Positions 1 through 12,300 of a stretch of DNA of 64,000 nucleotides are shown here, one piece after another. The notes under the pieces were generated by a model. It saw only the letters and a program-made list of their open reading frames with translations. It had not been told where the DNA came from and did no database searches. This stretch comes from a virus (Duplodnaviria > Caudoviricetes): IMG/VR virus record IMGVR_UViG_3300008262_003210; one strand, given 5' to 3'. How positions within the stretch are numbered: position 1 is the first letter of the stretch; each line of letters begins with the position of its first letter. Made by a program: the position numbers and the translations under genes.

Positions 1-100
1 ATTGATTGGTGGGAACATGCCTGGGCATTGGATTTTCAAGCAGACAAGAAAAAATATCTCGAAAATCAATGGAAAATCATTGACTGGAATGTAATTAGTT

Positions 101-388
101 CTAGAGTTGGTCTATCGTCTTAAGACTGCTTACGGGCATATCCCACACCTTACGTGCTTCAACGCCCTTGCTCTGAGCAAACTTTTTAGCATCACAATTA
201 CCACAAACATGATACACGTTATTAGTTAAACGTTTAGGATCCATGTTTCCCCTATCACGCTTGAACATACCGCTACAACAATCGCACTGAAATATCAGCA
301 CCGTTTTTTTACGCATATAGGCATGCATAGTACCATACTTACTCTTGCGATAATGACATTGTTGGGCGTATTCTTGTCCTAAGTACAT
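101..388 (-). CDS. hypothetical Cys-rich (possible Zn-binding) protein
   Basis: 95 aa ORF with CxCC and CxxC; TAAATA box on - strand at 394-399, divergent from the next gene. Confidence 0.55.
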   Translation of the reverse strand: MYLGQEYAQQCHYRKSKYGTMHAYMRKKTVLIFQCDCCSGMFKRDRGNMDPKRLTNNVYHVCGNCDAKKFAQSKGVEARKVWDMPVSSLKTIDQL

Positions 389-447
389 AATACTATTTAC
401 ATTAAGGTTATAAAAATCATTTGATAAATATCATATCGAGGGCAATC

Positions 448-771
448 ATGATAACAATTTCAGACTCAGCAAAGACAAAAATTAAAGATTTACTCTATGA
501 AGAGGGCAATCCTAACTTAGCACTACGTACATTTGTACAAGGCGGAGGCTGTAGCGGATTTAGCTATGGTTTTACGTTTGATGAAGTGATGAACGAAGAT
601 GATTTTGAAATTCCTTTAGATGAATTTAAATTGCTTGTAGACAGCATGAGTATGCAATATCTACAAGGCGCAGAAATAGACTACAAAGAAGAAATTATGG
701 GTAGTTCTTTTACAATCAAAAATCCTAACGCAACTACTACTTGCGGTTGCGGATCAAGTTTCGGAGTATAA
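448..771 (+). CDS. erpA: HesB/IscA/ErpA family iron-sulfur cluster carrier
   Basis: GGCSGFSY and CGCGSSF motifs; ATG at 448 (MITISDSAK) preferred over track start 421. Confidence 0.9.
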   Translation: MITISDSAKTKIKDLLYEEGNPNLALRTFVQGGGCSGFSYGFTFDEVMNEDDFEIPLDEFKLLVDSMSMQYLQGAEIDYKEEIMGSSFTIKNPNATTTCGCGSSFGV

Positions 772-774
772 TAA

Positions 775-3700
775 ATGGCAAAGCAGATAGTTGATATTGG
801 TGTTCAGGGCAACGACGGTACTGGTGACAGTATTCGTGAATCGTTCCGCAAAGTAAATGAAAACTTTGGCGAACTGTATGCAGTTTTTGGTGTTGAAGGT
901 GCTATTAATTTCACAGATTTAAGTGATGCTCCTAGTTCTTATGATGCTAATCAAGTTATTATGGCTAACCTTTCTGGCGACGGTTTGACTGCTAGAACGC
1001 TAATAGCAGAAGGCGCATTAGAAATTGATGACACCGACGAAACAAAATTAATTCTTAGTGTTGGCCAAAGAGGTCTTGCAGACGATACAAGCCCATCATT
1101 AGGGTATTCATTAAATGCCAATGGATTATCTATCTTTAATATGGCCACACCTACGTCGGCCATTGCACAGAATATCTTAGAAGACAATCCAACTATTGCA
1201 CCTAATATCAATGCTGTATTTGATAAAATGGTTATTAACAAAGAATATGCTGACGAGCATTATCTTGGCATTGATGAAAACGGAGCAGTTGTAGGAGCAC
1301 TGGCCGTAAGAAATGAACCACAGTTTCCAGAGTTTACAAATCCAAACTACAATCCTGATTTAACTGGAAACTTTCTTAAAAATGAAGCTGTTCAACGCCA
1401 ACATGTTGTTTATCGTGGTGGAGACACCATGTCTGGGCCATTGTTTTTAAATGACCATCCTACACCGTTACAAGGATACGGCACACCTAACGGTGCAACA
1501 GACTTACAAGCGGCTACTAAATTTTATGTAGACAATCAAACATTTTCAAGCGCAATAAACTTGTATGTTAGTACAGCCTCGGGCGATGATTTACAACAAA
1601 GAACTCCAGTTGGTAAAGAAGGTCGATTCTGGCAATATGCCTATAAATCAATTGGCGCAGCATGTTTAGCCGCTGAAAACTTACAAGACATTGCTAATTT
1701 TGAACCAGGTCCTTACAGACAAAGACTTAGTTATACTATTGGTCCAGATCAATTTTTTAGTACTATTTCTGATTTCGTATTACAAGATGGTAATACTGCG
1801 GTTGCTGGATATCAAGATGCGTTTGATTTATTGCAAATTAACAAAGACTTTATTCAAGCAGAAACTATTGCTTATGTTAACAACAAATATGTTAATACTT
1901 TTACCTATGACAAAGAAAAATGTCAGCGAGACGTTGCTTATATTTTAAATGCTGTTGGTTACGATATTGTTCTAAATACCACATTTAACAGCAACAGGGC
2001 CGCTACTTTTTACTTTAACGGAACAGGCGACAAGGTCATTGGATCACAACTGATACAAACTATCGAAGCCATCAAATATGCCAGAGACGAAATACTTAAT
2101 TTCCAGTATAGTAATACTGCCCTTAGTTTATATATTGGTCAAATTATTGATGCTCTTTGCTACGATTTAGTTTTAAAAACTAACTACCAAAGTTTGCAGA
2201 TAGCTAACATATTTGGATTCTCAGGTTCTAATATAAGTGTTGCTGAGTTAGTCGAAGTACTCTTAGACTTGCAGGCAAGTATTCTAGCACTTCCTTCTGT
2301 TTCATCTATACCTATAGCAGTTTCTTCTATACAAAATAACATTAATGCTATGATTAATGTTGTTACAGGAGACGAGTGGCCTGCTGTTGAGTTTACTGAT
2401 CAGCCAGATTCTTCTGTTGGCCAAACTAGTGCTAGAGATTTAATGTTAGCAAACATCGATTTCTTGCAAGCAGAAACTACAGCATTCCTTGGATCAGAAT
2501 TTCCAAACTTATCCTATGACAGAAACGCCTATAAAGACAATATTGAATATATTGCTTGGTCAGTAATTTATGACTTTATGTATGGCGGCAACAGTCAAAG
2601 TGTGTTTACAGGATTAACATTTTGGGACGGCTCGACTAGAAAAATCGAAGAGTACGAAGTTACACCATTTATAGCTCTGCTAGATTATATCAAAACTTTA
2701 ATTGTTGATATAGTCAATAGTGATAGCCCAACTACTGTTTATCAACAAAGTGTTAAACAATATAGAAATGAAACTCTTTTAAATGGTGGAGATGTTATTC
2801 CTTCTACCGATGCAAATATTGATATTATAAAAGATATTATACTTGATAAAACTGATGCTCCTTCTGTAGTATTTCCAGCATTTGTTTCTGCTGCTAGTGC
2901 GTTAAAAACAGCAAGGACATCAATTCTAACTAATAAATCTGGTTTCCAATCAGATGCAATTAACTACGTTGAAGACAATTTTCCTGTAATTAACGACCCG
3001 GATATTTTAGATGATATCACTGATAAATTTCAAATAATCATTGACTTATTAACATTTGGTTTTTCAACTAGAGTTAATTCAACATATACTGCACCAGCTG
3101 GTATATCTGATTCGTATACAGATGCAAAAATATTAGCTATGGCTAATATTGATTTCATTGCTGACGAAACATTAGGATGGTTAACTACAAATGAACCTGC
3201 TTATGTGTCTGCTCCAACGTTTGATTCAGATGTTTTCAAACAACACATTAAAGATTGTGTGGAAGCTAGCATTTACGACCTTTACTATGGCGGCAATTCT
3301 GCAGCTAGATACAAAGGCGAGCAGTTAGAAATAGACGGACTAAACGACACTTCGTTCTTAAGTGCAGTAGAGTTTGCAGGTACATTACTAACATTAAACG
3401 TTGTTCAAAATACTGCTCCAGGAACTACATATAGTTCAACTCCTCAATTTATTGACGCAGTTTTATACCCGGACGGAGGCTTTGCTTCAGCACCGTTAGG
3501 TTTGTCATTTAGCTACATTAGTATTGTTGCAGACGGTGGGGAAGGTCCTACTGTTGCTTATCCTAATTTAGCAGGATATGACAGTGACTATATCAGTGCT
3601 AAAAACATCATAGATCTTAACACTGATGAAATTAAAGTAAACACAACCGACTGGTTAGATGTAAACTATAAAGGCGGATTTAATTACGACGAAGCCGTTT

Positions 3701-6336
3701 GCTATCGCGATGTAGGGTTAATTGTTGATGCTATGAGTATTGACTTGATTACCGGCGGTACCTATCAAAGTATTAATGCAGGTAAGAGTTATTATAGAAA
3801 TGCCAGTGCTCGTGCCATTGCTATTGGTACACAATATAAAGAAACATTAGATGCCATTAATTTTGCTAAAGAACTGCATTTACAAGTACTACAACAAATA
3901 ACTGCCAATAGATTTCAAACATTAGTTCCACAAGTTTTAAATCCTGCCAAAGTTGCGTCTTCTGCATCAATTGCCGATTTAACAACAAACGTTAATACTA
4001 TGATTAGTATCATAGAAGGAGGCGTTGGTGTAGCACCAACCCCAACATTTGGTACTGGTATATGGAATGTTATAATCAGTAACGGTGGAAATGGTTATGT
4101 TGACCAAGGTGCTCCAGGAAATAATGACATTATTGCTGCTAAAGTTTTAGTTGGTATAGATACTGCGGCTTACGGAAATATTGTAAAGTACACTCCAGGA
4201 ACTAGCTCAGGCGGCGACACTATTCAAGTAAGGTTAACAAAACCAGGATTTTTTACAATTGGTGAACAAATCGAGTTCGGTGAGACTGTACAAGACCAAC
4301 ACATAACAATTTTTGTTGAAACTGGTATCTACTTCGAAGATTACCCAATCAAGTTACCTCCAAACACAAGTATTAAAGGAGACGAATTCCGTAGAACGAT
4401 TGTTCGTCCAAAGGATAGGATTAGTCAAAGTCCATGGCGTAAAGTTTTCTTCTACAGAGATGCTGTTATCGATGCATTGGAACTGGGTCCTATTAATTAT
4501 GGTACCGATTATGCAACATCTTCTAGTATAATCTTAGGCGGCACCACAGATAAAATTGTTATTACATTAGGTACCGGACAAGTTCCAAGTTCATGGGTTG
4601 GCAAAATTTTAATGGACGACAACGGAGCCAAGGAAGCAACTGGAACTTCTGTAACTAATAATAGAGTTACAACATTTACTCCGCACGGATTCGATGCAGG
4701 GGATCCTGTAATATTTAGAGGAACTACATTTGGTGGAGTTAATGAAGGAAAAATTTATTATGTATTAAGTACTCCAACTACTTCAACATTTACTATTACA
4801 GAAAAAGAAGGCAGTTCAATAGTAGTACCACTTACAACTGCAACTGGAAGTGTGCTAGTGATGAAGTCTAACAGAAGAGGTAAGGCTATTGTTGACTCTG
4901 TTAGCGGAAACTTCATGAACTGTAGCGTAATCTATCCATTCCAAACTGCAGCAACAATTTCTGGCGGTGACTGGCATTTATATGATCCGCTCAACTACGG
5001 AAGACATTATCTGTTGAACCCGCTAGATGCAACTAGCGAATCAAAAAATAATAAAGAAATCGATGCATTTTTATGTAACGATCAAACAAGAATTAGTAAT
5101 CTAACATTCCAAGGACACGGCGGTTTTGCCATGGTACTTGACCCAGAAGGTCAGATTAAAACCAAGTCACCATACGGACAAGTTTGTTCATCATTCAGTC
5201 AATCAAATAACCGTAAACGATTTGCTGGTGGACAGTTTGTTGACGGTTTCACTGGACGTCTTAGAGGAACTATTACAAAAGTTGAATACGATGGAGTTGA
5301 AAATTACGATTTAACTCAGTTAATTTCTGGTAGCGGGTATTTGCCTGCGACCGGAACAACTACTTACAACAATGTTCCAATTCAAGGAATTACTTTTACT
5401 GCTTCAAATACTTACACATCTGTAAATCAAGTTAAACTTGATACAGTAGTAAATCTTGTTGTAGGTAGTGCAATCACATTTACTGGAACAGTCTTTGGTG
5501 GAGTTGAAGAAGGAGTAAGATATTATATTACTAATATTGATTCACCAGTTGACAAATTAGTAAAAATTAGTAAAGTACAAGGTGGAACAAACGTTCAACT
5601 GACTACAGCTTCGGGTACTATGACTGCCACCACAGGAGGTACTGGAGCGACTGCAAACGTCACTGTCACTAACGGTTTAGTCACAAACGTTGTTTCTAAT
5701 GTTCCTGGAGAATATTATAAAACAGGCGAATGGATCTCGGTTGCTAATACCAATCTAGGCGGCTCTGGTTCTGGATTCCTAGTACCTGTTAATGGTGTTA
5801 ACGGTAAAGGAACAAAGATTACTGTACGAGGTTCAGTCAACAGCGGTTTAGATATTCGTCCTCCTCAACCACCATGTGCTTTCTTTGTTGAAGGTAGTCG
5901 TTATCAAATTAACGATGTTATAGCATGGAACCCTAACGCTTTTAATTACGACGAAGCTAAATGTAGCAGAGATGTAGGATACGTAGTTGAAGCGGTTATG
6001 TCAGACATTGTGTTTGACACAAATTATTCTTCTGTTGTAGCAGGTTTATCTTATATTAGAAGTTACAGCTCAGTAGTTACTACCAGTCAAAAAGAACAAA
6101 CTATTGCAGGCATGAATCGTGCTAGAGATTTAATTTACGATCTAGCTAATGACAATGCAACAAAAACTCAAATTAGAGCTAAGTTTAAAATTGTAACTGA
6201 TATAATTAATGCGGTTAGTGCAAGTGCTGCACCAGCATTAACATTTACCAATCCAACTACAACAGCTCCAGTAATTGATTCTTTTGCAATTTTAGGAGCA
6301 AATCGTCAATTTTTAACAATCTATTACTATTGGTAG
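775..6336 (+). CDS. giant tail fibre/baseplate structural protein, N-terminal part (frame break near 6320)
   Basis: N-terminus DIGVQGNDGTGDSIRESFRKVNENFGELY resembles T4 gp10/gp9 N-domain; ATKFYVD fibre motif; recurring YDxxxCxRDVxxIxxAxxxD repeats; beta-helix-like segments. Confidence 0.8.
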   Translation: MAKQIVDIGVQGNDGTGDSIRESFRKVNENFGELYAVFGVEGAINFTDLSDAPSSYDANQVIMANLSGDGLTARTLIAEGALEIDDTDETKLILSVGQRGLADDTSPSLGYSLNANGLSIFNMATPTSAIAQNILEDNPTIAPNINAVFDKMVINKEYADEHYLGIDENGAVVGALAVRNEPQFPEFTNPNYNPDLTGNFLKNEAVQRQHVVYRGGDTMSGPLFLNDHPTPLQGYGTPNGATDLQAATKFYVDNQTFSSAINLYVSTASGDDLQQRTPVGKEGRFWQYAYKSIGAACLAAENLQDIANFEPGPYRQRLSYTIGPDQFFSTISDFVLQDGNTAVAGYQDAFDLLQINKDFIQAETIAYVNNKYVNTFTYDKEKCQRDVAYILNAVGYDIVLNTTFNSNRAATFYFNGTGDKVIGSQLIQTIEAIKYARDEILNFQYSNTALSLYIGQIIDALCYDLVLKTNYQSLQIANIFGFSGSNISVAELVEVLLDLQASILALPSVSSIPIAVSSIQNNINAMINVVTGDEWPAVEFTDQPDSSVGQTSARDLMLANIDFLQAETTAFLGSEFPNLSYDRNAYKDNIEYIAWSVIYDFMYGGNSQSVFTGLTFWDGSTRKIEEYEVTPFIALLDYIKTLIVDIVNSDSPTTVYQQSVKQYRNETLLNGGDVIPSTDANIDIIKDIILDKTDAPSVVFPAFVSAASALKTARTSILTNKSGFQSDAINYVEDNFPVINDPDILDDITDKFQIIIDLLTFGFSTRVNSTYTAPAGISDSYTDAKILAMANIDFIADETLGWLTTNEPAYVSAPTFDSDVFKQHIKDCVEASIYDLYYGGNSAARYKGEQLEIDGLNDTSFLSAVEFAGTLLTLNVVQNTAPGTTYSSTPQFIDAVLYPDGGFASAPLGLSFSYISIVADGGEGPTVAYPNLAGYDSDYISAKNIIDLNTDEIKVNTTDWLDVNYKGGFNYDEAVCYRDVGLIVDAMSIDLITGGTYQSINAGKSYYRNASARAIAIGTQYKETLDAINFAKELHLQVLQQITANRFQTLVPQVLNPAKVASSASIADLTTNVNTMISIIEGGVGVAPTPTFGTGIWNVIISNGGNGYVDQGAPGNNDIIAAKVLVGIDTAAYGNIVKYTPGTSSGGDTIQVRLTKPGFFTIGEQIEFGETVQDQHITIFVETGIYFEDYPIKLPPNTSIKGDEFRRTIVRPKDRISQSPWRKVFFYRDAVIDALELGPINYGTDYATSSSIILGGTTDKIVITLGTGQVPSSWVGKILMDDNGAKEATGTSVTNNRVTTFTPHGFDAGDPVIFRGTTFGGVNEGKIYYVLSTPTTSTFTITEKEGSSIVVPLTTATGSVLVMKSNRRGKAIVDSVSGNFMNCSVIYPFQTAATISGGDWHLYDPLNYGRHYLLNPLDATSESKNNKEIDAFLCNDQTRISNLTFQGHGGFAMVLDPEGQIKTKSPYGQVCSSFSQSNNRKRFAGGQFVDGFTGRLRGTITKVEYDGVENYDLTQLISGSGYLPATGTTTYNNVPIQGITFTASNTYTSVNQVKLDTVVNLVVGSAITFTGTVFGGVEEGVRYYITNIDSPVDKLVKISKVQGGTNVQLTTASGTMTATTGGTGATANVTVTNGLVTNVVSNVPGEYYKTGEWISVANTNLGGSGSGFLVPVNGVNGKGTKITVRGSVNSGLDIRPPQPPCAFFVEGSRYQINDVIAWNPNAFNYDEAKCSRDVGYVVEAVMSDIVFDTNYSSVVAGLSYIRSYSSVVTTSQKEQTIAGMNRARDLIYDLANDNATKTQIRAKFKIVTDIINAVSASAAPALTFTNPTTTAPVIDSFAILGANRQFLTIYYYW

Positions 6337-6376
6337 TTATGACGAAGATAGAGATGTAAGCGACTTAGTTAATGCA

Positions 6377-9300
6377 ATGGCATTTGATATATTGTATGGC
6401 GGCAATTCTGCTACAATTATTGCAGCTCGCGCATATTTTGACGGAACAAATCAAAACATAATTGCATCAGAATTATCTTCCTATGTTGCTATCTTTAATC
6501 GTTTAAAAAATATTATCAATTATATTATATTAGGCGATGCTGTATCTTGGACAAAATCTACTGGAAACACATCTACTCAGACAACTACAAGCCCTGGAGA
6601 TTCTACAAATGCCACTAAGGCACAAACATTAACACAAATTGTTTTAGATATTATCCAAGGAATTTACGGAGATACTCCAGTTCTTCCATCATATGCAGAT
6701 GGTGCTGAATATGCAACAGCAGGTGATGACCAAACAACAATCCTTGGCAATATTGTTTCTGTTAAGAGCGGGGTAATAACTTTCCTTAATACAAACTACA
6801 AAGGCGGAGAAGTAGTTTTACAATTAGATAATGCAACACCTTATAATGCAGCAGGATTTTATAATAACGAAATATGTTACAGAGATACTGGTTTAATTTT
6901 AGATGCTGTAACATATGATCTTGTAATTGGTTCTAACTATCAAACTGTAACTGCTGGTATTTCATATACACGTTCTACAGCATCTCTTGTATTAACTAAT
7001 CAAAAATCTCCAACACTTGCTGGATTAAATTATGCAAGAGATTTAGCACTATCTGAATTGTCAGATGCATCAGCTATTGGGTCGTTAACAACATCTATGG
7101 CTGTCATTAATTCAGTTATAGAACAAGGTGTTGCAGCAGCACCAACTATAACATATCCAACTGCTTCTGGAATCACAACTGCTGACGCAGAAAAATTAAA
7201 GAATAATCTAGTTGCTAATAGGGCGTTTATACAAAACGAACTTGTTTCCTATGTAGCTAGCTCGTATAATCTCAAAAATTATCCCTTGTATAGTTCAGTA
7301 AATGCTTCAAGAGATTTTGGATATATGCTAGATGCTATGGTGTACGACTTCATGTACGGAGGAAACTCCATGACGTATGATGCCGCACAAGCGTATTATT
7401 CTAAAATAACAGGAGTAAGCACTATTGCTGGATTGCAGCCAATCTATATAGATGCATTTAGTAGATTGCAAACTGTTTTACAACAGATAGCAGTCAACAC
7501 AACTGTTACTAGATCAAGCGGCAATATTTTAGTTCAAACTGTAAATGCAGCTTTTGTTATTGGTTCTGGTACAGCAGAATACGCTAAAATTGCTACCTTA
7601 GTTAGTATAGCTCAAGACTACATCTTAGACGGAGACTTTGATACTCCAACTACTAGAACTAGTCCCAATATCGCTGGCTTAGATCCTACTTTAGTAGCTG
7701 AAAAGGCAGCGGTGGATAGTGCCAAGACATCTATTCAACAGTCAGTTATAAATTATCTAAATGACGGTGGACGCTTAACTATCAACATTGAAATGGGCGG
7801 TAACAAATCAATGTTGGCCAACGACTTTGCTATGATTAACGATTTGGGCTATGCTATTGTTTGTAAAAACGGTGGTGTATCAGAACAAGTGTCAACGTTT
7901 ACATACTACTGTCATACTCACTATTGGGCTGCTGACGGCGGACAAATTCGTTCCGTTGCAGGTTCAAATGCACATGGTACATACGGTCTACGTGCTTCAG
8001 GATTTGATATTACAGAAAAACCTGATTCGGTTAACCTTGCCAATGACATGGTTCAAGTTGCTCGTGTATATAAAGCAGGATCGTTCTCCAGCGAAATGAC
8101 ACCTACTGTAAACAAACAAGCTCTTAGTGTTTACATCTATGGTTACAGTTATACTCCAACTAATACTAGCGAATTTGAAATTGATCATAGTATGGCTGGC
8201 GGTGCAATTACTCGTTATGAAATAAGCAGCGTAGAACATACAGTTGTTACTATTGGCGGTGTAAACGTACTTAAATGTAATCTAAGTACAGCAGGTAATA
8301 GTGGAACATCTAGTACTGGACTAGCATTTGCATTGTACGACGGTCAGATGGTTACAATTCGTGCATTACAGAATGTTAAATTTAATAATATTGCTAACGT
8401 TAATCCAACTCGTCCAAGTACTGCACTACAATACAACGATAACTTAGCAGATATCTATCGTATTCTTGCTTATAACTTAAACGATTCAACAGGAGAATTA
8501 CTAGATAGTAATATTTCTATTCTTCAATCAGACAGTTCATTTGATTATTATAAATTTACAACAGATTTATCTAATGTTGGAACAGTAGACTGGGATGAAG
8601 CTATTTTAATTACAGGTGCAAGCGGTGATGGATCAACTGTTACTGTAACTTATGCCACACAATCAAGTGCTCCATTTATAGTTGGCAATTTTATTACAGT
8701 CAACGAAGTTATTGATAGTGGTGTTTCAACAACTGCATATAACGGTGCGTACCGTGTTACTGCCTGTACAACTACACAAGTACAATTTGCTAGTACAGTT
8801 ACAGCAACGTATGTTGGTGGTGGTTATGTTGGTTCTAAGACACAAGGTTCGCGTGTTGGCGACAATAAGATTTCTATTCTTGAACTTAGTCAAGCCACAA
8901 TTATTAATCAAATTAATAAAGGAATTTATCTGTTTGGTTGGCATGGCCGTACACACAGAATTGCAAGCTACACACCTCCATTAAAAATTGCGCAGGCCAG
9001 CACTTTAGTAAGCTGGACTCCTGGTACAAGAACTTTAGTAGTTGATGTTGTAGCTGGAACTATTGAAACAGGAGACATATTAACAGGAACAGGTTGGCCT
9101 GTTACTACCCCAGTCTATGTTGAAAGTATAACACTTCCAGTAAGTCCTGCAACTCAATATACATTAGTAATAAATTCAGCTACTGGTGTAACAACACCAA
9201 GTGGTACTATTACTTTTGGTATATCAAGAAGCGGTTATCTAAATATTGATCCAAACTCTCTTACAAATATTTTAGGCGATGGTAGTACATTACCAGCCGT

Positions 9301-12300
9301 ATCTTATATTAGTAAAACAGTACCTGCATCAGGTTTAAAATTTGCAACATACGAAGTTGCATGGCAACCTAACTCTTTACCAATTGTTGATAACTGGTAT
9401 AAATTTACTGGACAAACAACAAAGAACTATAACGACTGGAGACAGGTATCAAATGCTATTAGCGAAACACAAATTGCTGTTAGTGACATAAGCGGTCTTC
9501 AAGTTGGAATGCTTGTAACCAGTTTAAGTCCTGGTGCATATATTCCTGAAGGTACTATTATTCAAAGCATCGACAGTACAGCTAATACATTTACAGTAAG
9601 TCCTGCTTGCTGGGTACCAGCAGGGTCATTAGTTAGTTCGACTGTAGTTGCTACAGTAGCTAGTATTATAATTACTAATGCAGGTACAGGATATACAACT
9701 CCTCCAATTATAAGCATTGGTACTTTCCCTGCGACCAACGGAGAAATTGCAAGAGCATTGGCAACATGTACCGTTAAAAACGGATCTATTGAAACTGTTA
9801 CGTTGGTAAGTCCAGGTTACGGATATTCAAGTACTCCACTAATCACTTTAAGTGTTGGTAATGCTGTTCTTACTGCTGTTCTAACATCTAGTCCAACAGT
9901 TAATACAACTGCTAGTGCAGGTATTAATACCAACAGAATTACAGTTGCATATCCAACTGATCCTGGAACATTTATATTAAATGATGTTGCATCAGTAACT
10001 GGTGCTATTGCTGACTCAGTTGGTGGAGTAAGTGCTGGTACTGTTCTCAATGTCACAGCAGTAAGCTCAGGAGTACTTAAAGTAGGTATGAGGCTGAGAG
10101 GCGATGGAATAAGTCCAAACACCTTTATTACTGCTTTTGATTCTGGTACTGGCGGAATAGGAACATATACAGTTAGTGTAAGTCAGTTACTTATTTCTTC
10201 AACAATTAATCTCGAAACAACTATAACTGGCTTTACCAGCAAAACTGGTCCTGCGGCATTTGAAGGAAGCATTAGCGGAACTACACTAACTGTTTCATCT
10301 TTAACATCTGGAACAGTTGGTATTGGACAACGAGTCAAAGGTACAGGTGTTTCAAGCGGCACATACATTACCGCAGGATCGGGCTCAACTTGGACCGTAA
10401 GTGTAAGTCAAACAGTTGGAGCTGGCACTAGTCTTACAACAGACTTTGGAGTTACATTAGACATTAATACAGAAGCAGTTGCACCAACTGCTGGTGTTTG
10501 GTACGATATAGAGATGAGTAGTAATCCGTTGTACAACGGGTTGTATTATGCTGTTGTTACTACTACTAGCAGCATTACATTCAACTATTCGTATGATCCA
10601 GGCACTTGGAATTCACCTATTACTGTAAGTGCGTTTACTTCTAAAACAGGATCTGGACCATACTTAGTTACACTTGAAATTCCTCTACAAGGCCAAGTGC
10701 CACAAATAGGAACACGTTGGGTAGTAGATGGTAATGGCACAGCCGATTACAATGGAACATTTGCTGTAACAGCTGCTACATCAACATCGATTACATTAAG
10801 TTACCCAAGTGATCCTGGCGCATATGGTGCGGGAACTACAACTTTAACTCCTGTAGTGAATGTCAGAAAACTGTCATTAAGTGCAACAAGCAGTCAACTA
10901 GGTTTAACAAAACCATTTAGCTTAGGAACAGCCACAACCTTACGTGTAGGTTATCCAGCAGGTACACCTGCACAAATTACTACACGTATTAGTACATGCC
11001 GTGCAACAGGGCATGACTTCTTAGATATTGGTACTGGCGGTTATTCAACAACTAACTATCCAGTTCAGATTTATGGTAACCCTACACAAAGTAAACAACA
11101 GGCTAATGAAGTTTACGAAGAAGGTGTAGGTCGTGTATTCTACGTAACATCAGACCAAAACGGTATCTTCCGTGTAGGTCGATTCTTTACAGTTGACCAA
11201 GGCACTGGTACTGTTACATTCTCAGCGTCAATTGCGTTGAGTAACTTGGACGGTTTAGGATTTAAACGTGGTGTTGTTGTAAGTGAATTCTCAACAGATA
11301 GTTCAATGACTAACAACGCACCTGAAGTTGTTCCAGTACAAAGTGCTGTTCGTGGATACATTGATAAACGTCTAGGCCTGGATCACGGTGGCGGACCGGT
11401 TGCTTTAAGTAACTTAGTTGGTCCTGGATATATGGCCCTTAATGGTGCATTAACCATGAAGGGTAACATGAACTTAGGTACATTTGCTATTACAAATTTA
11501 GCAACACCTATTAGTACAGATCCTGGAACAAATGCTGCTAATAAAACTTACGTTGATACCGCAATAGCCGACTTCGATGAGTTTAATGAATTAAGAGATG
11601 TACAATGGACAAACTTACAAGAAGGTAATATTCCAGTATATGACCAAAGCACTTTAGTTTCTGTAGTTGGTGGTATTGGTAATGGAACAACTATTACACT
11701 TAACTTCTTAACACTAGCTAGTGCTCCGTTCCCAATTGGAAGTATTATTGTTGTAAGTGGTATCACTCCTGCAGGGTATAACGGAACATATATTGTAACT
11801 GGATGTACTACAAATAGTGTGAGTTATGCAAGCGTAGTAACCTTACCATATTCTAGTGGAGGAACTATTCTTGCTAATAAATGGCGTAATATTTTCCTAC
11901 CAGACGACAGCGCAACTAGTGATGTATTGTTAACCTACAACGGTACAACAGGAAAAATAACTAGTACAATTCAAGCTCAAAAAATTGTCAACAGCATGGT
12001 TAGCCCAACTGCTGCAATCGCGCAGAGCAAATTGGCCATGAATGCTGCAACTTTAAGAGCAAATGCCACAAGCATTGCACAAGCAGATTTAGGTCTGGCA
12101 TCGTTTAAATTAACCGAGTTTGATTCAACTAATGGTTGGATAGAATTAAAGAATGCAACTAGTTCTTCAACTGGTATTGTTTACAGCAAACTTCAATATG
12201 CTAGTCAAGGTACTGTCCTAGGCAGAGCCAAGACTGCTGGCACTGGCGCAATTGGTGAAATTGCGTTTGGAGATATTATTTCTGGCGGTGACGGTATTAA

